A DNA stretch of 64,000 bases from Chrysomallon squamiferum (Eukaryota; Animalia; Mollusca), in the NCBI GenBank assembly GCA_012295275.1, contig CM022671.1:9982001-10046000 (forward strand), in the 5' to 3' direction. Under the pieces are notes generated by a model. It did not search any database, was not told the DNA's origin, and saw only the letters and a list, made by a program, of their open reading frames with translations. Below are positions 42,613 to 56,579 of this stretch, one piece after another; the first letter of the stretch is position 1, and each line of letters begins with the position of its first letter. The position numbers and the translations under genes are program-made.

Positions 42613-43319
42613 AGTAATCCAGTTACATAAGGATAATGTAAAACTGCAAAAAAATTAAAAATTAAAAAAATAAAAATAAAAATATTTTTTGTTATAATAG
42701 AAACCTCAAGCAGTCAAGGATTAGAAAACATTAAAAACAGAATGCCATTGAAATTAACTAATAAATAAACAATATGTTCCAGAACTGTATTTTTAGAAGC
42801 TGTAGATCTAATGCTGAATAATGAAAATAACTGTTATAACAGAAAACAAATAATTGGTTTTTGAACTGATTTTATAGAGACAGTTAGATTTATACAAACA
42901 GATGAAACAAGTGAAAATGTAATTTAAAAAAATAAAAACAAAAATGAAATGAAATAGACATAGGATGCAACATGTTTAAAAGTGAAATATCTTTCTTCTT
43001 CTTTTTTTCTCTCCTTTTTTTTAAAGATTTAATATGATGTTTTTTCATTTGTGTAAAAAAAAATAGAAACTTTATAATATAATTGAATACAAAAGACTGC
43101 AGTGGCTCATAATTGTATGTTATTTATCCTTTGCTATTTTATAACTTTCGTATTTATTATTTATTTTGTTGACATTAGTTTGACGTTTTGGCGTTTTCTT
43201 TGTACACGATTGCAGTCAAACATCGATAATCGTGCTAATTATAATTAAACGATATTACTATTAAGAATTTAATAAATATATTTCAGTATATTTAATAAAT
43301 AAAAAATGTATAAATGCTT

Positions 43320-44518
43320 ACCGTGGTTATTTTTTAATGATGCTGTATAACTATTAATCATTAATGTCACTTATTCACTGTATCAGCATGATCATGATGA
43401 TGAGTATCACTGTTAGTGTTACTGTAAACAGTATAATCATGATGATGATGTATCAGTTCAGAATGAATATAATCTAATTAGTCAATAGATTCGAACTTAC
43501 ATTGTAATAATGCGCTATAACTGATACCATAATCATAGTATGGTAACTTTTATAAATGCATGACTCAGTCATTGACTGCATACAGAGATAACCAATGACT
43601 GATTAATCAACGGTTCCGTTGCCCTGATAGGTTGACTGTCAACCGTTCTAATTGCAACAGCAGCAGTCTATTTTGAAAAACTATGCACATGAAACGAACA
43701 CGTTTACGTTAGTTATTGTATTATAGTAGTCTTCTGCACACTCACGAATGATGAATATAGTGGTGTCAAAAAAACATGAAATAAATAAATAAATAAATAA
43801 GTAAATAAAACATAACTCGGAATAATTACCTTTAAAATACATATTTAAAAATCACTTCTAGTACCTCTGAACTCATATGCTTTTGCAAATGCGGACGAAA
43901 TTACACAAAAACAAATTGCCCCAGAAGAGACTTCCGATCTTATGTTATTAATGTGGCAATTTTTTATTTTTTGTTTTTCACGTTAAAATATAATTCATAA
44001 AAAAAAAGAAGAAAAAAATTGGTAGCAGGTATATAATCATTTGCAGTTAAAAAAATTATATTTAACAGGGGAGTTTTCATTAAGTATTTGTGTTATAACT
44101 AGTTAATGTACGACTGTTTTAGAGAAACATATATAATATAATTATATAACAATTAACATGTTCATGATCATGATGTTATTTATTAAATTATTACATTTAG
44201 TGATTTATTGATTTAGTAGTGATTTACACTTAGTTACTTTTGTTTTAAACTTACTACAGACTATAGTCTATATTATAGTATCAATATTATTACTAATGTT
44301 TACCTTTTCATTTTATTATTTTTTTAATTTAGTATTTTTGTTTCAAATTTAGAAAAATATTTTTTATTTATTTATTTATTTATTTATTGTTATTTCAGTA
44401 CGCCAGTGTTAACAGATTTCATTATTTGTATTGAGTATAAAATATATATATATATTTAATAATTCATTTCATTGTTAATGTACTTTTTTTTGCTTATGAG
44501 ATATCTATTTACTTTCAG
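43320..44518. promoter_or_regulatory. putative bidirectional promoter / 5' UTR region between ABHD6 and RBM17
   Basis: divergent genes; both ATG exons are preceded by splice acceptors; minus-strand donor GTAAGC at 43321; TGACTCA (43561), CCAAT (43592), palindrome GGTTGACtGTCAACC (43630-43644). Confidence 0.5.
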
Positions 44519-44534
44519 AAATTAATTTTCAAAG

Positions 44535-47500
44535 ATGTCATTATACGATGATATAGATGAAGGAGGAAGTGGAACAAAGCGAGTTGTCCGTAAGTAGATA
44601 TTTGTTTATATTTAAAATTAGCATTAGCATAAATAATATTCTTGACAGCAGACAGTTCAGTATTTTAAGAGCAAAGCGTTTAGTCAGTTTTGATAGAAGT
44701 CTGCGAAGCTTTGTAATGGTATATGAATGTAGCAATGCTGTGTTGTAATGAAACACAAAACTGATAGGTTCCATTCATATTTTCAATTGTTGTGAAGGCT
44801 GAGAACATAGCAAAACAGATCACTAAAACCAACTGAACAAAATAAACAAAAATAATTTGGCCATGTAAAAGATAAAACAAATAGTACAGGTTCAATTGTT
44901 GTAAATATAAAATATACAATAATAATAAATTTGTTTATAATTAATACTATATCCCAGTTATGATACTTAAGATATAACACACTGCTGTTTTAACAGCATA
45001 TGTAATAGTTATTGAATTGAACAACTGGATGATTTTAAAGAAATAATGTTTTTAATGCATATTTTTCATGATTGTTTCAGCTGGTTGGTCTTCTGGTTAC
45101 AAACTATTACAATCTCATGTACAAGCAAAGAAAGCTTCTCTGTTACAGACAAAGGTGAGAATGTTATCTCCACTGTAAACCACAGCATCTTCCATCTGTA
45201 TGAAAAATACCATTTTATACTTATTTAGTTTCAGGGTACCTCATGGTTTGATCTTGGAGTCAAAATAAGTTTTGTGATAATACAATTAATCAAAACCTAT
45301 TTAAAAAAAAAAATAATAATAATAATCTTATTAAAATTATTAAGATGTATGATTTACCTTTTTATAATTGATTTCAAATTTCATTTCATTCTGTGAATAC
45401 TGATGAATGATAGATAAAGACTGAAACCATCTTAAATTCAGTTCAGAATAATTTTCATTGTTTTGTTTATTTAAATGACGGCAAAAGTATTTATTATTTT
45501 TATTAAAGGAAATGTTACCCTATAATTAAATTAAATTTTTTTATTTTACCTTTACTAATTTGCTTATTTTACTGTTTTTGTATTTATTTTTGTATTTACT
45601 TATTTGGAATTTCTGTATTTTTTATTTCTTTATTTTCTCTTTTGTTTATTGATATTTCATATAAATATGAGTTAGTATTCAGCATTTCTCTGTACTTTTC
45701 ACTGATAGAAGCCTCGTTCTGGATCTACGACTTTGGCTCCAGTAATTGACTTGAAGAGGAGTGAAGGCTGTGAGATGCACTTTAACACATTAACAGGGAG
45801 GGTGAGTTTATTAATGTTAGATTTATTCATATTCCTTAATTCTAGAATTATCACCTAATTATAAGTTATTAATTACTAGTTATTTACAAAATGTTAATTA
45901 ACTTATAAGCACAATGGTTGGCTTTGTCATTTTTGAATTTTCTAGAGTCATTGAACAAACCGAAAAGCTTGTGTATATTATATATATATATATATATATG
46001 CTGGTGTTCAGGATGAATATAAAACCTTAATAAAACCTGAAAGTTTATCATATATGTGTGTGTGTATATATAATTCCATTTCTAATGATGCAAACCCATT
46101 ATTTTTTAATTCCATCCTTTATGATCACCATTAATATAGTAAATGAATGCTGTACACATCCATGCAATATAATGAATATATATATTTTTTTTGTATTTTA
46201 CACTGTTACATTAACATGATATTAAATTACAGTTAGAGGCAGTTGCTCCAACTGTTGGGAGTGTTTCTCCTTTTGTGCCATCTGCTGCAGTTCCTTCTAT
46301 CACAGGTGTTCAGGATGAATATGATCCTTTCAGGCCAAATGAATATGAAGATCTTGTAAAGAAAAAGAAGGAACAGAAACAGCGAGACAGAGAAGAAGAC
46401 AGAAAAAGAGATGAGGAATTACGGTGACAGTAGAACATGATAATTTAGTATTTGATTTCAACAGTGTGTAATTCAACTTTTTAAAAAAAACATGTCATAA
46501 TGTTTTACTTATTGTTTGTTAATGAAATTAAATTTAAATGTTATTTTGTGGACATTTGTACATGCTATAATATACATTAAGACTCATAACAAGTAATTCA
46601 GTGCTCATACACTATGCATTTTAAACTGAGTAATGATTTTATTCATGACAAATATTTTGATGTTACAACAGAATTTTTTTTTCTTTCAGGCATGCTAGAA
46701 GAAAAGATCGTGACAGAGACAGACTGATGAGAGATGATGATGCAGAGAAAGAATTTGACAGAGCAAAGAGACGACGTGATGAAACTGAAGAAGAAGAATA
46801 TATGGACAGACCAAGAGGTCAGGGTTATCTTTCTGAATGATACTTCTTAGTGAATAAATCAAAGATGCTTTGCTACATTTGTAATGTTGACTTAAAATAG
46901 AAAACTAACAGAAAAGAAAAACTTATCTTAATCATTAAAACAGGAATAAAACAAATGCATGTAACTTTTAGAGGGAAGTGACAAACTGACATATTGCTTC
47001 TATATACTTTATAAATACTGTAAAGCAAATCCTGTCAGATTAGTTGATTTTAAAACCAATGATGTTTACTTCTTTCTACTCCACGGTTTACTCTTTATTC
47101 TGTTTTTTAGTTTTTTAAACAAATTTTTGCAATTAATATTTTTAGTAGGAGGAGGAGCAGCTATAGCACCACCAAAGTCTTTAATTGAAGATGATGTTCC
47201 ACCATCTGAAGGTTAGTGTGAAAAGGATACTTAACTAAATACGTATATATACACAGGCACGCAAAATAAAATACATACACAGTTACCATGGTTATATGAA
47301 AAGCACAGAGCTGAATATTTCCAGCTCATACTATAAATTCAACATGATATATTTTTTTTAAATTGATTGATATATATTAGATGACACAGATAGATTTTAA
47401 GCTATAATTAGAAATGTAATAAATTGTTCAATAATATTCCGTTCACACTTAATTTATTACTATGGGTAACAGAAATTTCTTTTATACTACTCATGAAGAA

Positions 47501-50289
47501 TATTTCTGCATCATTAAGGTACCAGAATCAGCTAGATTTAAAAAAAAAAAAAATCATTATTTCATGCAAAAAGTGATTAATTACTCATATGAATAATCAA
47601 TGAAGTTTGTTATGCAAATTATCTTTTTTGTCTGGAACAGATTGTTCTATAGATATTTATATTTCAAACGGTGCTTATAGTTGTGTTTTGATGAAAAAGT
47701 TCTATATTTTCTTTATATTCAAAGATACAAATCTGAAATTTCACCTACCAAAAATTACTGACCTTTTTGACTCCTTTTAGTAAGAAAGCAGTGTAACATA
47801 TATGTATTGATCAGCTTCAGATAAAAAAAAAAAAAAATTGGCTAATTGTTGTTGGATTATGAGCAGAAAAAATTCTGTGGGTTATTAAATTTTCATCATT
47901 GTTCTGTCCTGTTAAAAGACATAGAAATTTAATTTTATGATTATTACAATCATTTACATACACTGAACTGAATTTCCACAGCAGTGCAATGATTTTTATT
48001 GTATGTAATAACTGACTGTACCTATCAGTTAATTTTTAAGGTAATTATATCAAACTAAAATAATTGCTGTTGATTTTAACAAGTATTGCAAATGTTATAG
48101 CTGTAATTATGACGACTGTTTAAGTACATGTTAAAATTGTTCAATTTAAGAGCCAGAGGCATCTTCAGAAAGGCCAAACTCACCACCATCATTTGGCTAC
48201 AGTATTGGTGTCGGGTATGTATTTCATATTTTCTGTCACCCCTAGACTAAATCAGTATTTCTTGAGTAATATTAATGTAGATCATATAGTTGTATTTATT
48301 GGTAGGAAAAATGCTATCACCAAAAGATAAAAATGTCATTTAATGGCATTATTTTTATTGTTTAATTTTTAAATGATAACTGATCTGAACTAAATTAAAT
48401 CAGTAAGAGTTACTGGTAAAACAAAAATCAAATTTGTATTTAAAAACTGTAAAAACTCATATTGCTGCTGAGAAAATTACTAAGAGATAATAGTCTAAAA
48501 AAATATAAATGAAATTTTATTTTTTATTTCCAGTGGATCTGTTGCTTCAAGAATCATGGCCAAATATGGTTACAAAGAAGGTCAAGGTCTTGGTAAGAAG
48601 GAACAGGGAATGAGCACAGCTTTATATGTGGAGAAGACTAGCAAGAGAGGAGGAAAAATTATACATGAAAAAGATATACCCAAAGGTTTGTAGTTACGTC
48701 ATACACATTATTGTTTAAAAAATTTAAATTGTTATTTTTTTATTTTTTAAATTGTTATATATACTGAACCTCTAGTAATGTCAATTTTTTTAATAGTGCA
48801 TTTACCTAAACAAATATTTATAATGCTTTTAACAAATTGTTCTATTCCTTGTGCTTATTTCTGGACTAATTTATTTATAACTCCATTATGAATATAAACA
48901 ATCTCAAGATGGATTATGCAATATAATGAATTTGCTAACATCAAAATACTAAATTGTCCAATATCTATAATCTGTCAATTGAAGTAACATTTAACAGAAA
49001 TATGTTTTTTTATTAGGAAAGAATTGTTTATATTTTTGTTTTTTTTCAGAAGTTCCCAAAGAACCAGTAACAAATGCAAATCTAATCAAAAATCCTTCAA
49101 AAGTTATTCTTTTACGAGTAAGTAACATGCAGTTTGTCTCTCTTGTTTTTATTATTTTACTATTCTGTTAAAACTGATAGTTGTTAGGGTTTTTTTGTGT
49201 TCTGAAAAATCATTTTACTTTAATGATTTCTGTGAATCAGTAAATTAATCAATTGTTGTTAATCATTTAGATTTCAAAATAGTAACTTTAATTAGTAAGT
49301 GTATTTATTTATTTAATATTATTTCGTATGTATTTTGATGGCCTACAGAACATGGTTGGTCCTGGTGAAGTTGATGATGAACTTGAACCAGAAACAGCAG
49401 AAGAATGCAGTAAATATGGAAATGTTGTGAAAGTTTTAATATTTGAGGTTAGTGAGTCTTATAAAAATACTCAACAAATATTTTGTGAGATATGTGATTA
49501 TACAAATAACAGAACTGTTTGGTAATAGATGGAACTGAAACCAATTAAAGTAGATCATTTCTAAAAAATAATACTATAATTAGGGGTTTTTAAAATTATT
49601 TCTCATTCATTTTTTTTTCTAAATAAGACATTTAAAATATACTAGATGATAGATATTTAATATTTTTTTCAGATACCTGCACAAACTGATGATGAGGCTG
49701 TCAGGATATTTATTGAGTTTGAAAGAGTGGAATCTGCAATAAAAGGTAATAAAAAATCACTTTAACAGATAGGATTCAATGTGATATATTTTTTTTAATT
49801 GAATCTTATACAGCCAGCTGCAAAAACATCATATTATTTGTTTATATCAGTGAAATGTATTTTCAAACTGACATTAACCAGTTAGTCAAGTTTTATTTTA
49901 ACCCTGTTTTATTAATAAGCATTTCAAGCTTTTGTGGCAGTTTCATTTCTGCATAGGTGGGCTGTGTAAATTTGGCCAAAATTGTTAAAAAAATAAATAT
50001 AAAATTTACTTTAAATAAAACCAGAAAGAATAATATATATATATATAAATTTTGAAGTCAGAAATAATTCTACTATTTGGGTTTTTTGAATTCATATTTA
50101 TATTTTATTTTGTTTTTTTTTGTTTTTCTTAGTAGTTGATATATTTTATATTTATTCATTTTTTTTTTTAAATGTTTTACAGCTCTTGTGGACCTGAATG
50201 GAAGGTTCTTTGGTGGACGTATTGTTAAGGCATCGTTCTATAACTTGGACAAGTTTAGAAGATTAGATCTTGGTGACAGTGTAGACTGA
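44535..50289 (+). CDS. RBM17: splicing factor 45 (G-patch + UHM/RRM), 12 coding exons
   Basis: exons 44535-44589 (MSLYDD), 45081-45154 (GWSSGYKLLQSH), 45709-45801 (LAPVIDLKR), 46233-46423 (EYDPFRPNEYE), 46690-46817, 47146-47211 (GAAIAPP), 48151-48214, 48534-48685 (G-patch IMAKYGYKEGQGLGKKEQG), 49050-49117, 49349-49447 (NMVGPGEVD), 49673-49745 (AVRIFIEF), 50183-50289 (LNGRFFGGR); phases consistent. Confidence 0.96.
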
Positions 50290-51429
50290 TTGTTTTATTA
50301 AAACACTTCTGCTAAAAGCAGAGCTTTGTTTCTAAACTGTATTTCAGAAAATGATTTTGAAGAAATGAAATTAGATTATGTGGTCTGTGAAAAGAAATCC
50401 ATTAAAATGTTCAGTTGGATTTCACAATGATGTTTTATTGGAAATACCTAAACTAATTATAATTCACAACTGAAAAACGTGAATTAAAAATACTTCTGGT
50501 GATTATACAAACACAGTGTCCAAAAACAACTTTCCAGTTCTGCAATGTAATTGAAATAAAAATCCTGTCTTATTCCTCAGCATTTTATCACTAGCAAAAA
50601 CTTTGTTTTGTTTATGAATCCATGAATTATCATTTATCATCATTTGGTATTGGTATTTGTTTTTTGGGTTGTTTTTTCTAAATATATTTTAAGCATATGT
50701 AACTTGTTTTTATATCATACCAATAACATTATAAATAATTTCCAGACATAAAATATTTATTATGTGTTCTTTCTTCTTCTCTTCTTGTACCTCTTTTATA
50801 TTATTGTGTGTGTTTTTTTAAAAAGAAAGAAATCCGCTTCAGATAATTATTTTATGAATGCTCTGTTATACGTATGTGTGGATGAACAGATACATTCAGT
50901 TTCAGCTGTTAATAATAATGATACAGAGGTAAAGAAAAACAAAATTTACTAGTTGCAGGACATATAGTTTTTATAAACTGACAACAACTTATTTATTTTG
51001 ACAGCATAAAAATCTTACTATGTCACTTTACTTTGAATTTCAAGTATGCCGACTTAAAATAAAATTTAACTTAAAAATATTTTTAATTTTATTGTTACAC
51101 AATGTTAAAAGATAACAACAATGATGTAATTTTTATTATTATTTCTACTGTAAATGCACATATAATTTCAGTATGTGCTAAATCCTGTAATTCCTGTTGT
51201 TTTAGAAATGATCCCTTTTGTCTTCATTAGCACCATCCCTCACATTAATATGAGATTAGGAATAAATTTCATTTCAGTATGGTTTTTGAGTAAAGTTAAA
51301 AAGCAAAATAATACAAATGAAAAAAAAAAAAAAAAAAAGCCATCGAGTCTAAAATCAGATAAACATGGACATTGTTTTACAGGAAGGTTTTTATATCTGC
51401 TTGTGTAGTGAACTATTATTTTGATGTTG

Positions 51430-52470
51430 TTCTTTATCCAGAGTTAATAACAATGCTTCCACCCATTCATGGCAATCTGGGTTTACGAGAAGACAGTGTT
51501 CATAATGACAGTTCAGCCCAGCAGACATGATATGGATCAAATGATTTGGTACCTGTAGTTGCTTGACTGGGTGATTATCTGTATACCGAGTCAGGTGTTT
51601 TGTGTTAAATACCTGGTCCTTTCTGTTTTATATGTACAATACCTGGACTTTTCTATTAGATACCAGGTTCCTTCTGTTCAGTTCCAGATTCATTATTTTC
51701 TGTACCAGGTTTTGTTTTCTTGGCTTCAGAAATAAATAAACTGCAGTAAAAATAATAGCAAGGTATGTCAAATGCTATAGTTTAAATAGTATATTTAGAA
51801 TAAATAAGTCATTATACTTGCCTTGAACAACATAGGCAAAATTTAAATATGATTTCTTGGATAGCCTTACAGTTTTATTTTCAATTTGCAGTTAACAATC
51901 TTTATTACATACCTGAATTATCAATCCTGAAGTGTCCCACAAAGATTGTGTGTTTCATTTGTATCACTTTTGAGAAATTTTTGTGGTCATTTATAAAAAT
52001 ACCTGTTTAAGTGATATTCTCCACTGAATTAATTGTCAGAATTTTATGTTTAATGCAATTATTTAGTGGCATCTTATTGGCACAAAAATCAACTAATGAC
52101 ACTTGTTGCAGTAACGTGATATATTTAAACAGTTGAAGGAATTTCAAGAACTTGGAACATGCCTCTGTTCTTTACCACGTTAATAGGAATTTGGGAAGCA
52201 AAAGTGTATTGTAATTTGAGACTGGCAGTTACTGTAAGATATCTGACAGGTTCTTTACTTCTTCAGGTATTAAATGTGGCCATGCTTTTTAACCACTCCA
52301 AATTCAGAATGTGATTCTGTACCAGAGGGTTTACCTAAAATATGTTTGGAGAAGAGACATTAACTGGAAAAATTATCACACATACTACCAATAGAATCAT
52401 ACAGTCACCCAGGACGACTTTCAAAAATTAAATCGGGTTAATGAATCTGTATTCCAATAAGTTTCTGAAA
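51430..52470 (-). pseudogene. possible decayed coding sequence (weak RhoGAP-like motifs, short xQKxPGI repeats)
   Basis: minus-strand fragments EEVKNLSDILQ*LPVSNYNTL, LLQQVSLVDFCANKMPLNN and KTKPGTENNESGTEQKEPGI**KSPGI; many stops. Confidence 0.25.
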
Positions 52471-53493
52471 AAATGTAAACCAACCTACCATGTATATTAA
52501 TAAATGTGTTGGTGTCAAGAATAAAGGACCCACACTGTTAAACATACCAACTTGCATGTGACAATGTTGAAACATCTACAGGTAAATATGCTAGTATTAC
52601 ATTAGAGAACATTTAAATCATTTCTATAATATAACCTGTATAATGAATTGGGCCTTGAGCAGACATCAATCTTTTGTACACTTGCATGCAAGCAGTCAGA
52701 TATTGTGAGGCCCATTTTTTTTTTTGGGGGGGTGATTTGTAAAAACAAAAAAATTCTTTAATTTTTCATGTTTGGTTTGGTTTTCAAATACAGATCCTGA
52801 ATAACTGAAGAAAAGCTTTTAGCGTAATAAAATCCTGAGACCCAACACCGTTTAAGATCGAAGGGCAACATTTAATTTTCCTTCTATCCAACCATTATTT
52901 AGAATGTAACAAAACTAAATTAACATTAAATTATTTTTGAAAGTCATGTGTTTTCTGTTCTAGCTTGTGGTTCAATATGGATATTCCAAAGATTGCAGTA
53001 TGTGCTTATTTTTTTATGAAACAAAATATAAAATCCCACATGCTGCTTCTGAAAAAGCATGTAATTGGCTGATTAATCAATCTGCATGTTTTATTAAAGA
53101 CTACAGGTGTAATTACACCAGACAGCACTGTACTGTTAATGTACTTAACAAAAAAGAGAGTCTGTGCTTTTCCATAGATCCAATTACACTTCTCAGAACT
53201 CTGTAATTTCAGATTAGTAAAAATCAGATTTTGGCCAATGAAAATTTAGCTGAGATGACCATTAATAGAATGATTATGGATCTGAAAAAAGTTGCCTACT
53301 TTTCTTCTCTGTGTGACAAAAAAATTTAATGTAAAATGTCCGTTTATAGGTTATGATTAAATAAAAGTTAACTTTAAATATTAACTCAAGTTTTTGTTTT
53401 TTTTAGTTTTTTGTTGTATTTAGATGATTATTTACACAATGGATTGAATAATGTTATTTCCTTATATTAGTATTTTAAGAATCATACCATTAC

Positions 53494-53527
<34 letters not shown>

Positions 53528-54613
53528 GAGAAAATACAAAAGACGAAAGCAATAATTAAAATGTCTTCTCCTTGAAATAATTCAATAAAATGATGCAATT
53601 TGTTTTAACTTATTGAGGTGAAATACCCTTTACACCTATTGCTGAATTTCAATACACTCATTCCTTTTTAAAGCATTTTATTTCAATCATCAAAATATTT
53701 TATTTGTTATGTTGTAGAAAAAAACATTAGTTTTTTAATTTTTTCATAAATTATTCAAACCATACTTTGATATATTTCTGAATGTTGTTTGTGATGTTTT
53801 TATCAATTATTTATTTATCTGCATCTATGATAACTGGGAAATAATAATATGTTCCATTTATTTTAATTTTAAAAAAAATGTACGTGCTTGTGCCTTTAAA
53901 TACTTCTAGAAATGATATTTAAAAAAAAAAAAATGTTGGTTGTTGTCCTTTCCTTTCTCTGTTTTGTTTCTCCCTTTTCTTCCCTCCCTATCTAGCTGCT
54001 TTCATTTTTATCATGATCATAACTGTTATAACTAATATGCAAACATTTAAATAATAATATTTGTATACCAGTAAAAAAATTACCATTCCTAAGTCTTTAT
54101 TTAAAGGCTTAAATTCTGGTGAAAGAATATGAAAATATTTGTCAAATAACTTAATCTAATTATGTTTAACATTTATTTAAAAGATAAAATTATAATGAAA
54201 CTTTTCTGACTGGGACAAAAATTACACAAAAATTATGAATTTTTTCACAATTAGAAGTAGTAGTTGTTGTAGTAGTATCTAAAATGAATTGTTCTAATCT
54301 ATTACATCCTAAGCTTCTGGAAATATGTATCTTTACCACAGCATTGTTAATGATTAATGTTATTAACAAAGTTTTGCACTAATGTTAGTGTGACTGAATA
54401 ACTAAAGGGATTATGGGTTGATGAGTCAGTGAATATCAATGAATCGAACTTCAAATATGTTTTAATGAACTGAATTTCCAGTGCCTGTTCTGCATTACTC
54501 TGATTATGAGGAGGTGCATATAAAACATTTATTTTCCACTGATTGGCAAGTGTCAAAGCTGAAGCTAAAACAGCAAATATCTTGAGGTGAAATATTTCTT
54601 TCCTTATTTTCAG

Positions 54614-54867
54614 GCTGCTCTGCTATTCAGCAAAATCAGTACACAATGTAATCTCAAATGCGCCACTGACCAGTGCTGCATTTATTATTCAGCCCCTCTG
54701 GTCAGTAGAAAGAGAGCTCAAACTGATCCTATTGTTGGCCCAATTTACCCTTTGAGCAAGATGTCAGCCAATAAAACAACATGGAGAAAGATGTATTGAG
54801 GGTTTGACATGTCATGCAAATGGACCATCTGGTTAAGATGCTTATTTTGGAACCTGTATGGCGTGAA
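54614..54867 (+). pseudogene. decayed prokineticin/colipase-like Cys-rich secreted peptide exon, copy 1
   Basis: acceptor tttcag, then QCNLKCATDQCCIYYSAPLVSRKR...; after a 1-nt frameshift CQPIKQHGERCI/EGLTCHANGPSG*DAYFGTCMA*; the CPC segment is missing. Confidence 0.6.
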
Positions 54868-55243
54868 TTAATTACTGCTGCTGCTTCAACTACTATTACT
54901 GTTATTTACTACTATTATTTCTACTGCTACTAATAATAACTATATGGGTTCATCTTTGCATGAACAAAGACTGAATAAAAATTTGACATTTAATAATTTG
55001 TTTTGAATAAACTTGACAAAGCTGTTCTCCCCTCTTACATATTTCACAAGAATTTCAAAGACAAAGTGTCAAAATAACTTTAACTTTTTTAAAAACCTAC
55101 TAACACAGTTAGATTGAGTTACTTTTTCTTTCACCAGAATTTAAACCTTCAATTTGTATGTAAATATCCCTACTTTTAAATGTTGTATGAGTAATTTTAT
55201 GATTAAATTTTATGATAAATAAACATATTAAATGAAACAATAT

Positions 55244-55247
<4 letters not shown>

Positions 55248-55310
<63 letters not shown>
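55248..55310. repeat. (AG)n microsatellite
   Basis: pure AG run. Confidence 0.98.
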
Positions 55311-55313
<3 letters not shown>

Positions 55314-55519
55314 CTGAGTATGGCTTTGATTTGTAACTTAAACAGTTTTTAATTATTAATGTTGTTTTGTGGGTATGTATCTGTGCACGTGTATATTTTC
55401 TCTTTCGTATTATATGAATATCTAAGAAAACGTTGATGCATTCATTACATTAGTTAGCTTCATGGTACTGAGGTAATACCGGTGTTAAATCCTAATTACT
55501 GAGTACATTTTATTTCCAG

Positions 55520-55737
55520 TGTCAAGACTGTGGTAATCGGTGCCCACCAGGAACATGTTGTGTTCATATATTTTGCCAGGTAGACGTCGAATGCTTGTTG
55601 ATGGGTACTGCAGAAAACTGAATCAAGAAGGAGACACCTGTGAGAGAGATGTCAGTTTTGGTGATTGCCCAAGCACAGACGGCTTGAAATGTTCAGTTAC
55701 AGCAGATCAAATGACTGGTCACTGTGTCAAAAAATAA
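55520..55737 (+). pseudogene. decayed prokineticin/colipase-like Cys-rich secreted peptide exon, copy 2
   Basis: acceptor ttccag, then CQDCGNRCPPGTCCVH / frameshift / ILPGRRRMLVDGYCRKLNQEGDTCERDVSFGDCPSTDGLKCSVTADQMTGHCVKK*; CPS replaces the usual CPC; AATAAA follows at ~55760. Confidence 0.65.
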
Positions 55738-55963
55738 AAATGTTTTAAACATACTGAGAAATAAAGGCAAGGGATGTTTTTGTTTGTTTGCTTGTTCAGT
55801 ATATAAAAGTATGGTATTTACAGCTACCCCAAAAAATAAAAAAATTAAGGGATAAATGCATCATTGACATTATTTGTTTGAGACAAGGTAATAATCTATC
55901 TAATTATTGTCAGAATTTCTATAACAATTCATGAGGTTATTTGCATCCCTTTACTTTTTAATC

Positions 55964-56537
55964 CATTGGTTCTCAAAAGGTGTGCCCCATGAAATTCTAG
56001 GATCTAGGAAGATATTTGTGATGATAAAAAATTGATTATGTTAAGAGCATAAATTTATCCAGTTAGAAATAGCCGGTTGCTAGAAGATTTTATACACGTT
56101 GTACACTCGTTCGAGACGAAACTTTGGCTGATGAGCAAGTGCGGCTGCTCAACGCTGCTCAAGGCTGCTCAGTAGTTTACCAGTGACAGTATGAGTGATA
56201 GCATGTGCAAGTGTGATAAATAACCTATCACTGTCACAGTCACTACCGATCTAAAACTTTAATACTTTATGGAATCTTATCCTTTAATTTTACATTTGTT
56301 AAAAGCAAACAGTTGATAAAAGTTTTCCCTCACTGCACCATGTACACCATTAAAAATATAGCCTTTGTACAGTTTTTTGACATTTTAAAAATCCATTGCT
56401 TTGTATTTCATATTACAATATTTTTGAAGAAATTGCCCATACTTCTCAACACAAAATAGATAATGAATAAAGATATATACTCACACAAGGGCGGTAACTC
56501 TAAATATATCAATGAACATCTCTCACACAAGGGCAGT

Positions 56538-56579
<42 letters not shown>

